Shown here: positions 36,946-50,500 of the stretch, in pieces
Position numbering within the stretch: the stretch's first letter is position 1
Layout: every line of letters starts with the position of its first letter
Origin: Ylistrum balloti
Taxonomy: Eukaryota
Assembly: GCF_031769215.1 (NCBI RefSeq)
Contig: NW_026781926.1
Span: forward strand, 124,001-188,000
Direction of reading: 5' to 3'
Length of the DNA stretch: 64,000 nt
Program-made: the position numbers and the translations under genes
Notes under the pieces: generated by a model
The model's database searches: none
Seen by the model: only the letters and a program-made list of their open reading frames with translations
What the model was told of the DNA's origin: nothing

Positions 36946-39551
36946 ATTACTCCTTCATATCACACTTTGTCCCCCATCTATTCAATCGCAAAAGGGTTGA
37001 AATGGTTTTATAAAAATGTAAGACGTACAAAATTTATATGCGGAGATGAAGAGTGTCTAACTTTGTGAAACTTCGGATGTTCCTCGGTTTATCGATCGGG
37101 GAAGAGGTGTAACAAGGCTTATCTATTCATATTGCGGATGCTCCCATGGTGAGGGTCACCCGTTTGTTGACCCTAGTGTTCTTACGGATGTAGCGACACC
37201 TAGCAGTGTACCGGAGCTTTCAGGGTCAGTATGGTGAACAAACACAGACACACCTGCTGAACTCTGTGTGTATTGTTTGAATCTTTTATTTCACCGTGTC
37301 ATCGTCGGGGGGAATACTTCAAATGTTTACCACTGTTGTAACAGTAACCATTTGTGTCCACACTGATTGTAAAACAGCTATTTACACGTTATAATAGATA
37401 TTTTAAACGCAATCTTCTCTGTAATGTGCAGTTCAATTGAACCTACGCAATCGGTATCAGGTACATTATGAAATTATCTCACGAGTAAGATTTTAAAGTA
37501 CACCAATTAAAGGGATTAACTATTACCTGTGATATGTCGACCAAATACAACGATCACCTATTTATTCTCACCTATATTATCTGCTGACGTGCTAACAGTA
37601 GACGCAATAGCATCGTATCAAGAATTAGGTTATATATGGCAGGACACTATGTTGTGTATCCGATAGTAAGCCCATGTCTGGCGACATCAACACATATATT
37701 GCCATTTCAGTAAACATGAACAAAAAAGTTACGTGTTGCCATTCAATAAGCCGATATATCTATTTCGGACTAGACATTGTTCCCTCAGCAGTATCCATAG
37801 TTAGGTATTGGTTGTAATAATGATATATGGTCGTATCTCATCTGTGCCCGGTGGCAACGAGTAGAGAATAGCATTAACCGTGTGTAGGTAATTGTGTTTC
37901 TGTCTTAATAAGTAATGGTGTTATCATCATACCTGTAAACTTACGCCAATGAAGAAACCGTATATCTCAAAAGTGAGTTTTATATATTTAATTTCTGCAA
38001 TTACGAAACTGAAGTGTCGTATTTCGCGTACTATTGCATAATCCCTTGGTTATGTTAAATGTCTTAGTTTTATAACTTCGCTCTGAGGCGATTAACGTTG
38101 TTTAAAATTCGTCTTCGCCAATAAACTTTTTTTTTTACTTTTTGAAAGGTCATAAAAACAAACGGCACGACGGGTTGTCGTTTGAGAATGTAATTAAAGT
38201 TCTGATGACGTCACAGAATCCGCATGTAATCAAACACCTGAATACACAGGGAATTCTTTCCATTTGTATCAGGATGGCGACAAACACTTAGCTGTTTGTG
38301 AACAGAGTTACTTTACAATTAATAACTATATTAATATATAAAGCAATTTCCTGTCTGGAAACACTGTGCCATTCTTCGGAGTAACATTCTCAATTTAAAG
38401 AAAAAAAGTAATAGAAAATGAAAAAAATTGAATATATGCACGTTTAACAGTTGAAAATTTTAAAATAAATGTGGACATTGGTACTGATTAAAGGTTATTG
38501 TAAGCAGTAATGCTACTGGTGTTATGTCGCTGTGAGCAGATTAATTGCTTCAGGAGTCCATTTTAGGACGTGTTGTTGTATCTAAAAAAGAACATTTCGG
38601 ACTACTTTTCTGGTGCCGTACACCAATGGACGTATTCTGTAAGACCCCTTGTCGGTTTAATGGTGAGAGTATTAGCATAATTATATAACTTCAAAAAAAC
38701 CTTTCAAGGCAAATTTGATAAGATTTTAAAATTACCAGGTCTCCATCAAAACCATTGATTGCTTGACTGAATGTATATGACACCAAATGTCATCATGAGG
38801 ATTACAGCCATTTTTTCATGCCTAAGTTTCTGGGTAGATCGGATTGACAGTAAGAATATGCACTGTCTCTTTCGTATAAAAGCAATACTTATCCCATTCA
38901 ACAGCAAACATACATAGACGTACTGCAGTGTAGGATCGATTAGTGTCAAAAATCAACAAACTACTGGAAGCTTGTACAAAATACACTCAACAGAACAGAA
39001 CATTTTTATAAAGGTTTAGGTACAGTTGAAACACATTTTAAATTTAACTGCATCATGCCTCTGTTTAGCCCTTTCAGGACTCGTCAGAAATGCATAGGGT
39101 CTAAATTTTGAAATGTGTAAGGCGATTGAGGAAAGTCTGTTACAAAGTCTAGACGGGGAGGAGCACTAGCCCCGGTACTAAATAACTTTTCATATATACC
39201 TGATAAGTTCAGGACGTCAAGTGCAGGTGTATCTGCCCTAATATGTTATGGCTCCATAATTGTACATTTTGTACATTTATATAGGTTGTACATTCTGAAC
39301 TGGTATAGATACTATATTTTGTAAACTGAATACATATGGGAAAAGTTACATTTCTATACTTTTAATATCTACAATTACGAAATAGAATAAGGTATCGTTT
39401 TTTGCGAGTTAATCACTTGATCATGTTTAATGCCTTAGTTCTATAACAACACACTGAAACATTTAACTGTGTTTAGAATTTGTCTCTACGAACGTCAGGG
39501 CCATGGGTTACTGACACTGCAAATACGGACAAATAAGAAGCGTATATAGAT

Positions 39552-39586
<35 letters not shown>

Positions 39587-39646
39587 GGTGTTTGTTTGTT
39601 GTGAGGGTGTGTGTGTGTTCGTTAGGGGGCGTGGGTTGGTATGTAT

Positions 39647-39677
<31 letters not shown>
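39552..39677. repeat. Compound microsatellite C11-(TC)11 ... (GT)6 ... (TA)14
   Basis: Read directly at 39552-39585, 39607-39618 and 39650-39677. Confidence 0.93.
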
Positions 39678-39680
<3 letters not shown>

Positions 39681-41819
39681 TGCAGATGAATTTTTAAACC
39701 GATACACGAATGATATAATGCTCGTGGCAATTATGAATAGTGGTGAGAGGAAGTGTGTGTCATGTTTTCTTGTCTATGTTTGTATTTATGTGAAAATTTC
39801 CAAAAATAAACAAATACAAAAAAAAGAAGCGTATAAAGTAAACATTATTTCGTGGTTTTTAACCATATATCCCACTTCAGTGATGTAAACAACCCTTCTT
39901 GGTGCCACCATTTGTAATCATATTACTAATATCAATAACCGGTGTTATCAAGAGATAATAAACACTGCAAACGGTAATCAGCCATTTTGGCGTCACCATT
40001 GATGGGGTTCAAACTCTTGATATTGGTAGAAATTCTCAAGTCCCCCTACCTGGTAGAGTATTAAGTATATATATCTGATATTTTCAACACTCATATACTG
40101 AACGTGAAAGGGATGGCACTAAATCCCTGTAATTGCTGTCAACAGTAATTTTGTACAGCATTTAGTAATTGTTTCGTGACGTCACCAGTTGAAGGTGCTC
40201 CATCACCAGAGCAGCGTAAGCATGGTTACGGGTTGATATGTTTTCTCAATATATTTGTATATTATGTAACACAGCTGAAACAATTGTTATATACAATATA
40301 CTCATCTCATTTCCCTATAACTTGCACTTACTGGATTAAATTTCAGAAGTTTTATACACACCTGTGCCACACCCGCTGCGAAGATCCCCGGTATCTTGTC
40401 CAGGTATGTCTTCCTAGCTACTAGTGGAAAAGGATACACCAGCGGAGATAAGCCCGGTAGCCCGGCACAAGTATTTCTGGTCGAGTGTTATCGCGCCCCA
40501 CTATACAGTATAGTAATACCAACCTGTCAACGCTAGATCCCAATGTTTATACTAGAATGGGCAACTCGAATATGATTAAATATATGTACATATAAATCGA
40601 GAGAGAATTTAAAGACATTAATGGATATACGTTTTAAACTCAGATGTAGCCACCGAGTCGAGATCACCAGTAAAAGTGACAGAATCCATTCGTTTTCTCC
40701 GGGATCAATTTTTATCCACCTTCACGGCCGAGTAGAACCACGCACCATGAAATAGTGAAATAAAGCACCAGCTTATAAGACAGATTATTGCAATGATAGA
40801 TTTGATAAAGATATAGATTAACTGTTTAAATCATAGGGTTTATCTACATTTAGATAAAAGCCATGAGAGATATTTGGTCTTCCCGACAGACAATAAATAC
40901 ATGTTTTCTGAACGTCGGACTGGTATTATCTTGGTTCATGGTTCGTGACGTGTTCGTCATCATGCTTATTCTACTGGCGCATCTTGATACTTCTTCAGTT
41001 GGACTTAATGGTTGCGCACTGGGATTGTTAAAATATATGTTGTATTTACACAAAACGGGATATCTTGGGTGGATCTAAAATAGTTAAGGGAAGGTGCCTC
41101 AACTGTATTGTTTGGTAAATAAACGTCGAGATGGTGTTACATCTTATCCAACTGGTGACATACAAACACTATTTCTATATGTGTTTTTTGTTTTTGTTTT
41201 GTTTTTTTTGTGATAGATCTCGTTATATATTCACGGATGTCAAGACAAATGTTATCAAAATACCCAAAATGAGTGTAGAGAGAGATGTTTTTTCTTCATA
41301 AATCTCGCAGTGATATATCAAAATATTCCACAATCTCCAAAGCAATCCTTCTGTTCAAAGATAGCACTATCGATAATGAATGATTCGACATAAAGATATG
41401 ATCGTCGCACTGTCTTCTTAATGGCATTTATAGTCGTTATAAATCACACAGTAGGTAAACATTGATAAAGAGATGATGTTATAGTGGTTCCTTCACTTCA
41501 CTCCAGTTTTACAGACATGGGTGCCGAGAATATCACACTCGGATCGGGTGTATCTGTCATAGCAAGTTTACTATCTCTGTCTAGACTCGAAATACGGTTT
41601 AAAATATCTAATGAGGCAGGACGAGAATTGTTTAGTCAGGAAATCCTTGACAAGTCACGGACCCAATGCAAAATTAACTTTCACAGAAAACGCATTTGAA
41701 GTTACAAGATTTCTTCGACAAGTGAATATAAAGAAGAAATTTTAATTACACTGAAGGGTGCCCAGAAATAAATGAAATAATGCAACTATAAATGATTTAT
41801 TACATCAGTCATAACAAAA

Positions 41820-44397
41820 TCAATGGACAACGGTAAAATAACTTGAGAAGAGTTCTTCCCCTTGTTCAATCTTCCTCAACGACACAAGAACGACAACTCT
41901 TGTCAACCTGTAGAAAACAAAAAACCTGTTACTTTTTAGAAATGATAAACCAAACCAAACTAAACTATTGATTAATAGAGCGAAAATCATCCTTAATAAA
42001 AGCTAAATCTGTATTACAACTACAATGATTGACAGTGATTGTTAGAGGGCAAAAAAAAATCTTTTTACAATGCACGAATCTACTGTAATCTTCAGAAATA
42101 ATTTTTAAATGTATAAGTGCTATCTATTGTCACATTATGCATTTTTTTTTAAATTTCTCTCCACAAAAGCTATAGAACCTCACCTGTGGTGCCCCAGACT
42201 ATCCTGTATTGATGAGGTATAGTTGATGTTGGGGATATATTTCCTCAGGTGGAAGGGAAACTCCATAGGGATGTCAAACTCCTGATAGGCTACATTAGCA
42301 GGGAACTCTGAAATGTAGGAGTTTTTATCATCAATTCACCATAAATTTAAATCATTCATCAGTGTTCCTGCTATGATTTGTAGAGGGCTGGACACTGACC
42401 CCAAAAAAAGCATATGTTAAAGCATGAAATTGATATTAAATGGCATTTCTGAATGGCATGCTACAGTCGAACAAAACATATGTACAACAATACATGTCAC
42501 TGGTGTCCATATGACATGTAATCAACAAATTGTAAATAATATTTTTTACCTAAAACAAAATTTTTGAACAGCTGATAATCATTCACCTAGTATGAGACGA
42601 CTTGAGTTAACAATTTTAGAAATAGAAATGTATGCAGTAAGAAAATTGCTTTCTCCTTGCACATATACCTACGTTTTGATTGGTTGTTTACATATTGTCC
42701 AACAGCCAATGGATTGACAGGATTTTGTGTGACCCAGGTCAGGTCACAAGTTAAGTAGGGTCCATGTCTGTCTCTCTGACCACACGACCTTAAATGTATG
42801 AATTATAGTCATGATATTAAATGTGCAAAATCATTACTTAAAATGACCAGACAGAATCACTCAACACTTTGATACTGTCAACAATTTACAACGATGTGAA
42901 CTTTAATGGCCATAGATGATCTTATTGCTAATACTTTTAAATCAAACTTAGACTCTTCCCAATAAATGCATACATATAAATGGCCAATGACATTTTCATC
43001 TTTTTACATAGTATCACATAATTGATTAATACATAAGCAAGTTTGTTCATTACTGTATTTCTCCCGCAATAAGCCAAGAAGTCCATACATATTCCAGGTC
43101 AGGGGTATGCTTACTACAGGATCATGAAATAGTATTTGTTATATATTCTACAGATGAGCAATTTATATTGGTGGGCTTATTGCCAGACATGGGCTTATTG
43201 TGGGATACTTATGGTATATGCTGTTACTGGGTAAAATGATGTTTGCAAAGAAAATCTTCTCAATAAGTATATTCTTAAGCTATGCATTGTACACAATGAA
43301 CAGATTTCTATATTCTTACAGTAAAGTTATACACTACGACTGAATTTTTTGACATTTGCTTTTATATACTGACTTATAAATGTATTTAGAAATGTTCTTA
43401 TCATTTCCATCGATGAGGACTCTATCAATACAGCGAAATATGAATGGGTTAGCCAGGCTCTGTAATAAGATTGGTTCCCCAGCTCTATATAATGTTCCTG
43501 GGTACATGGACACCACTGTTCCTTCGGGCACTTGACCTTTGGTCACTAACACACCTGTTCCACCCCCAGGTATTATGCTTGGTTTTCTTTCTATAACAAA
43601 ACCAACACAATTCTCCATCACTCTCAGGTTATTTTTGTGATGTATATACTGTTCCTCTTTGGTGAGTTGATGTGACTTCCATAACTCTGAGGTCTTAACA
43701 GATGAAGATCTCTCATTTTCAATATTTTCAAAAAAGTTCACCAGGAATTTCTCTACTTCTACATCAGGTAGTATTTGATCGTTTTCATTGGGAGCGACTG
43801 ATCTCATCCTCCTGTAAAAAAAAGACAGATAAATATTACCAACTAAGACCCTTTCTAAACAAACTGTATACAGACATTATACAAAAATAATTTTGAAGAA
43901 GGTCTCTTGGTTCTAGAGAAGTTGCCCAAATAAATTAAGACATTTTACCATCGATGCTTAGAATAGTAATTCAATATCATTTATTTGAACCTTAAACTGC
44001 TACAAACACAATATCATGACCATGTGCCTATTCATTATTGCTAATAATCGCCTCTAATTGTCTTGAAAGTGGGTCAAGGACATTTATTTAAACAAACTCG
44101 ATATACATTCATCACGGTAAAAGCCTTCAGAGTCTCTAGATTATTGAAGATAAGTAGTGAAAATGGACAGCTGTACATGTCGGACGGACGTTGTGCTGCA
44201 GCATTTGGCCTAGCTCACCTGCGCTCCTAGCAGACGAGCACGCCGATTATTCCGAGACTTACCAGCCAACTAAATGCATTGTCGTCTCCTGTGCGTATGC
44301 CAGAGTTACCTTACCTGTCTTTTAGATTAAGTGCAATCCATGGTACCAAACGGTATCTGTATTGTTTCCATTTATTTCGCAGAGTTTTCAAGATCAT
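41820..44397 (-). CDS. SETD9: SET domain-containing protein 9, 5 exons, 282 aa
   Basis: Exons 44397-44315, 43811-43374, 42788-42673, 42307-42184, 41907-41820 (849 nt). Motifs WKQYRYRLVPWIALNL, GTGVLVTKGQVPEGTVVSMYPG, FIFRCIDRVLIDGND, NPLAVGQYVNN, ANVAYQEFD, GEELFSSYFTVVH*. AATAAA at 41801-41796. Confidence 0.95.
43051..43216. mobile_element. Tc1/pogo-type MITE (SETD9 intron 2)
   Basis: Approximately 25-bp imperfect TIRs TACTGTATTTCTCCCGCAATAAGCC / GGCTTATTGTGGGATACTTATGGTA with TA ends. Confidence 0.65.
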
Positions 44398-44584
44398 TGC
44401 TTTCCTATTTTATCATGTTTGGTGTTTATAAATCGTGGGCGCATCCATCTTGGTATCCCGCAGAGAAGCCGTTTGCTCATTGGCTGAATTTGGGGATTCC
44501 TACATCCGGTTGGACTGGGATTGCCTCAGAGTGCACACGACTATTATGAGGATTATTTGAAAATAATAATTTTTATTGTTTAAG
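44398..44584. promoter_or_regulatory. Compact bidirectional promoter SETD9/EIF2B2
   Basis: Only 187 bp between divergent ATGs. YY1-like CCATCTT at 44445-44451, inverted CCAAT (ATTGG) at 44479-44483, ETS-like ACATCCGG at 44502-44509. CpG-rich. Confidence 0.72.
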
Positions 44585-47500
44585 ATGCCAAGCGAAAGTG
44601 ACAAGAAGGACGAACTAAGAGAAGAAATAGAGAGTTTCACTGGTGAACTCAAACAAGGGTAAATGGCAGTATACACACCGAAGTCACATACGTTGCAGTT
44701 GTACCAAGTGCCAGTGGCAATATAACTGTTAAATATGGATTTTTTTATATAGGCCTAGAGAAGACTGGTCTAGTATATTATTTGGCATTGTAACTGAAGG
44801 AATGTGCTATTGAAAGATCAATATTCTGCACGAAGATTAGACATATTTATTTTGATATCTATCAGTTCATTGATTGCATCATGTAGTGTAGATTACCACA
44901 AGTTATGCACTATAAAAGAAACGCCACTGCAATATTTCATCAAAGTATGAACTGTAGAGCTCTCTTGTTGGGATACTCAGCATGGAAGTTTTTTTCCCTG
45001 TTACAAAACCACACAACGTTGCACTTATATTTGATATATGATATCTGACACTTGGAATGATATTCGTCAAATTTGTTCTTTAAGAAGTTGATAAACTTGT
45101 GATTTAATTCAATTACAGTCTGACTTTCCTATTTGAATAGTGAAAAATAGTGTTAAAATTACTATAATGTCTAGAGAAAGGCATTTTACTGACTCACATT
45201 ATAACAAATGTGTATATAGAGTATATATTATTATGTCTAAAAATTGCTGATAATAATTGTGTAAATCCTTGATATTTTATCTCTATAGAACAAGCCAAAG
45301 CTCCTATTATGTTGCCCTGAAGACTGTTTGCTTGTTGAGGAAGATCATAGCTCAACGGAAATGGCAAACTGCAAAGTAAGTTGTATCCTTAACTTTTTTA
45401 AACTGTGGTAATTAATATATTCTTACACAGTTGCATCCTCAATACTCCAGGGAGTATGATCAATTTTGCTCTCTGCACCCCTGGAACACTTTCTGGTCAA
45501 AATTGAAGGTACGAGCAAAGTAATTTGATTGGTCTAGAGTGGACAGAGTCATATTAGTGACCTTAATCTCTTTTGATATATCCTTTCTAATAATAAGTGT
45601 GTCTGAAATTATTTGTGTCCTAGCACTTGATTAGAATACACTATAAGTTTTATCTGATATAGTAAGAAGAACTGTGTATAACCACACCTACATAAGAACT
45701 GTGTATAACCACACCTACATAAGAACTGTGTATGACCACACCTACATAAGAACTGTGTATAACCACACCTACATAAGAACTGTGTATGACCACACCTACA
45801 TAAGAACTGTGTATGACCACACCTACATAAGAACTGTGTATGACCACACCTACATAAGAACTGTGTATGACCACACCTACATAAGAACTGTGTATAACCA
45901 CACCTACATAAGAACTGTGTATGACCACACCTACATAAGAACTGTGTATAACCACACCTACATAAGAACTGTGTATAACCACACGTACATAAGAACTTGG
46001 TTTCTAAGACATAAAATTTCAAATGTACACAGACATTATCCAGACTGAAATTTAGACATCTTTATTGGTTGCCTAGCAACTGATCATTTTTATACTATTA
46101 TTACTGATTACTCTCTTAGATGATTTGGTAAGATATGGATTATTGTACCAATTTTATACAATGATGTATATTTGTCTGATGAAGAGGATCATAGATTATC
46201 CTGTGTCACTGATAGATTTAATTTGGTCAATGATTTCATGCAGTGTTTTGTTTATATAAAGTTATATAAAGATGGTATGTTATGATTTTGTGATGCTAGT
46301 GTAAACATTTTGTACCATAATGACTTGATTTATCTACCTCTAATTTAGGGATGTGATGGAGGTTCTGAAGGAAGATGGCAGGAAGATAATGATGTCACAG
46401 CCATCAGAGACAGCCGTGGGTAATATGGTGCGGCGTGTGCTTAAACTTGTAAGAGAGGAATATGCCAGGTTTGTCTGCTCAGTTTATTTTTTAACATCTT
46501 TTTGGCAAAAAGAAACAAAAATCACCGAATAAACACTTGACCATAATATGATATCGTTTCTCCTCCTTAAATGATCAAAAATGCACTATCTCATTGATAT
46601 TTCTTACTACACTTAATTCATGTGTAATTGTTGTTTATTTATAGCAGGTTTGCTTAAGTAATGTAAATAGTAAATACAATTCACTTCCTGTTACGATATG
46701 AGTATGCATGTTTGTATTTGTAGTGCATGTGCAGGCAAGTCCGAGGAGGGAGACCCACAGGAATCTTTACATGTAAGTGTTCTACTATAGAATGGAACTG
46801 TTCTACAATATGGTGGGTGACTGTAAGTGTTTTTATCTTTCATACAGTGAGGTGGTGAAAAGTGTTCTACAACATAGTGTGGGATTGTGAAAAATATTTT
46901 TCCATAGGGTGGAATAATGGGAAGTGTTCTTGTTTAGGGTTGGGTAGGGGAAGTTTTCTACCCAAGGATGGGATAGAGGAAGTATTCTTCCATAGAGTGG
47001 AATAGGGGAAGTGGTCTACCATAGGATGGGACAGCGAAAGTTTTCTACTATGATGTGGAACAGGAAGTTGTCTTCTCCCATAGAGTGGGATGTTGGGAAG
47101 TGTTTAATTATAGGATGGAATGGTGGAAAGTGGTCTTCCCTAGAGCTGTGTCGTGGAAAGTATTTAACCATAGGGTAGGGAATTAAAGTCTTCTTCCATA
47201 GCAAATAGGGTGAGCTAGGGTATTGGGAAGGTCTTCCTGCAAAAGATCAGATGGGGGGAAAGACTTTTTCATAAGGGGAGATGGTTTTCCTACCATATGA
47301 TGGGTGGTTTTCCTTCTTCCTTCCTATGATAGAATGGTTCACTTTCTTTTGGTGGAAGTTGCATTGCCACAAAGAAACACTGTATAACCTATATGTCAGT
47401 GGTATTCTTCATCCTACATAGCTACATGTATATGTTTGTGCTAAAACATTCAGCATTGCTTATACATAACCAAAGGATTGATTTTCTTGTTTTTGTCAAA

Positions 47501-50500
47501 GGTATAGTTTTTTTGCAATTCTGAGATTTATCAGAACAAAGTGACAAGTTTGAAAGAAAACACTCCTGTTATGTGTGTCTAAATATGACTCTCAATGCTG
47601 GAGATATTTGATGATAGGAAATTTTATGATTCCATAATAAATTTACTATGTATTTGTGTACATGTCTCATTCCAGAAACTCTTATTAGCTGAGGGTGAGA
47701 TAGATGACTACAGTCGAGTGGTACCAACTCTTAAGGTAATCATTTGAGAGTTTTCCTAAGGAACAGTATGCTTATATGATGATAAATAATCCCATTTTCA
47801 TTAACAAATAATTCTTCTAGTGATACATATACAAGAACAGGAAAGATGCAATGAAACTATATGCTATATATCAATAATTTACTGTATTTATCCTGATATA
47901 AACCCAGCTCTTATACCTCTGACTCAAAGTAGGGATGGGCTTATTACAGGACAAGGATATACCATGTATTGTTTCTATCCTAGCCACAATGGATTATTGT
48001 GGGCTTATTATGAGGCATGGGGTCATTGCAGTATGAATACCGGGTATATACAAGAAATGTGTATGTATATAAATGGCAATGCTGTATTACAAGATTTTTC
48101 TGCTGTATTTGTTATATAATGTATAAATTGTAGGAGTAAGTAAATGAATTACCTAAACCCTTTCTGGAAATGATAAAAAAGTTTGACATTGATCAATAAT
48201 TACTTTTCTTCCTGTCAGGTGTCTGTGATTGAGGCTCTCAATGAACTTAAGGTGGAGTTAGAAAACAGGTTAGTGGTTAACATGTTACAATGTATTTTCA
48301 TCATTTGTTCTGGCATCATGGGAGTTCTGCTGTAAACAGAAAATTTACACTTCTATTGAATATACTTGTCAAGCTTAAATTTTTTGACTGAAGCCTCCTG
48401 TTATTTCAGTAATTTTCTGTCATTAGAACAAGAGTTTGGTAGTTAGCAACATTTGTTTGAGAATAATGTTGCAAAAATATACTTATTTAATGTGTTTTAT
48501 TCTTAAATTGAGGCGGTTATAGAACCAACAAAATTGGCAGGTATTTGTATCAATCTTTTGTGGAAGACTATCAAAATTAATTACAAGATCGGGAACAATG
48601 GCACTATACAGATAAACTAATCCAGAGAGAATTGGAAACATGTTTTCTTTACCCAAACCAAACACAATACTAGTCATCCCACCATTTCAGAATTTACTTA
48701 GGTTAGATGCGTATGGACGTAGTTTAATTGACTGTTCCACTTTAACAGTTCAGGGACTGTAATTGTGATGCTGATCTTGATATGTTTGTTAACTTCAGTG
48801 CTGACAATATTGCTGGACAAGCATTAGAACATATACACTCTAATGAAGTAATAATGACTGCTGGCAAGTCCAAAACTGTGGAAGCTTTCCTCAAGGTACG
48901 TAATATGTGATAGGTGTGTTGTTGGAGCTGTCAAGCATTCAGTGCCTTCAAAGTTGAATATGTCTCTTTACCTTGGAAATATTACAAACCAACTTTCTTT
49001 TGCAGCTGCTAACTTTTGGTATTTCTACATCACATCAGATTCAGGGCAACTGACTTTTGGAAAACAGACTATAATATACTTTTCTATAATTGTTGTTGAT
49101 ACCATCCTGTCTATTTGCTATGGTAAATTTTGACAAATTGTTCAAATTAATAAAAAAACTGATCACACAAAAATGGAAACAGTTCATTGTGATTGTGTAG
49201 TCTTATGCTATGAATTATTGTGGTTACAGAGCTGTGTACATACATATCGTAATTCTTAGCAATAAGAGCACCATTGGCATTGTAAAGTCATTGTTTTATT
49301 ATCATCTTTGTTGTCATGTCAGAACAGTAACATGTCTCACAATACTTATTGGACCTTGATTGATTGTGGCTAAAATCATTTTCACCGTGAAATGTCACAA
49401 CTAGGACATTTTCTCCCCCTCTCCCCTACCCTTAAATGTGTTATAAGGTCTGATGTCTCCCACAAGAAAGGCTTGGGGAGCAAAATTAAGGTATCCTTTT
49501 TACCTGAGATATTTTAAATCTTATGTGATACTTTCACAATCGTTTTCATATCATAAGATTTTTGAAATTTCATAATTTTGTTTAGGTCACCAGAGGTTTG
49601 TGAAAATAAAAAAAAGAAATAATTGATTTTGTTAGAAGATGGAAAAGGAATTCCTGCTAAAGTAGTCTCTCCGGTATGTTTATATACATCTTCATTTTCA
49701 CAGAAAGCAGCAAAGAAGAGAAAATTTCAGGTGATAGTAGCAGAGTGTGCACCATTTTATCAGGTAAATATTTAGCTGACATTCATTCAAGTTATTGGAG
49801 AAATTTCCTGGCTTTAGTTAGATAAAAGTGATTGGATCAGGTCAAAGTACAGTTGAACTTGTTATTTCGAAGTCGGCTGGACCATGGGGAAATTTCAAGT
49901 TATCTAAGTATTCTATCTTAAGTAAGTTCAAATGTTTAGTGTGCAGTTTGGCGTGGACTGATGAAATAATTCAAATTATACAGGGTCTTCAAGTTAAAGA
50001 ATTCAAGTTAAAGAGGTTCAACTCTATATATCATTATCGGAAACCCACAAGACTCTGCTCTGTCATTTGAGTCACCAGAGTTTCATGATGAGTATATGTA
50101 TTAGAATTACCTATTTGTAGAATAAAGAGTTTATTTTTCAAAATTGAATAGGAGATTTGGTTTGATACAGGGTCAGGAACTGGCAGTAAGTCTGGCAAAG
50201 GCAGGAATTGAGACGACAGTAATAAATGATTCAGCAGTGTTTGCCATTATGTCCAGAGTAAACAAAGTCATCATTGGCACACACACTGTCATGGCAAATG
50301 GAGGGTAAGTAGGATCACTTAGGTTAAGGTCAGAACAAGGGTCAGAGAAGAGCCTGGTATTAAAGAACAGGGTTGTAGGTAGTATCTGGGGTTTGGGTGC
50401 AGACAAGGGTTTAGTTAGGAGCAGAAATTTGAGATCAGAACAGGGATTTCTGTGGGAACAATGGAAAGGCTTGAGCAAGGTCAAGGCAGATTAAGGGTTT

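Noticed and set aside
45383-45393. U12-like GTATCCTTAAC 7 nt downstream of the EIF2B2 intron-2 donor (also GTATCCTTT at 49491)
   Set aside because: Its use would frameshift, and there is no U12 branch site near the acceptors; such motifs are expected by chance in 64 kb.
45609-46048. Three repetitive ORFs ([18 protein letters not shown] and YNHTYIRTV repeats), one resembling a Cys/His metal-binding protein
   Set aside because: Translations of a 27-bp intronic VNTR; a unit length divisible by 3 keeps frames open.
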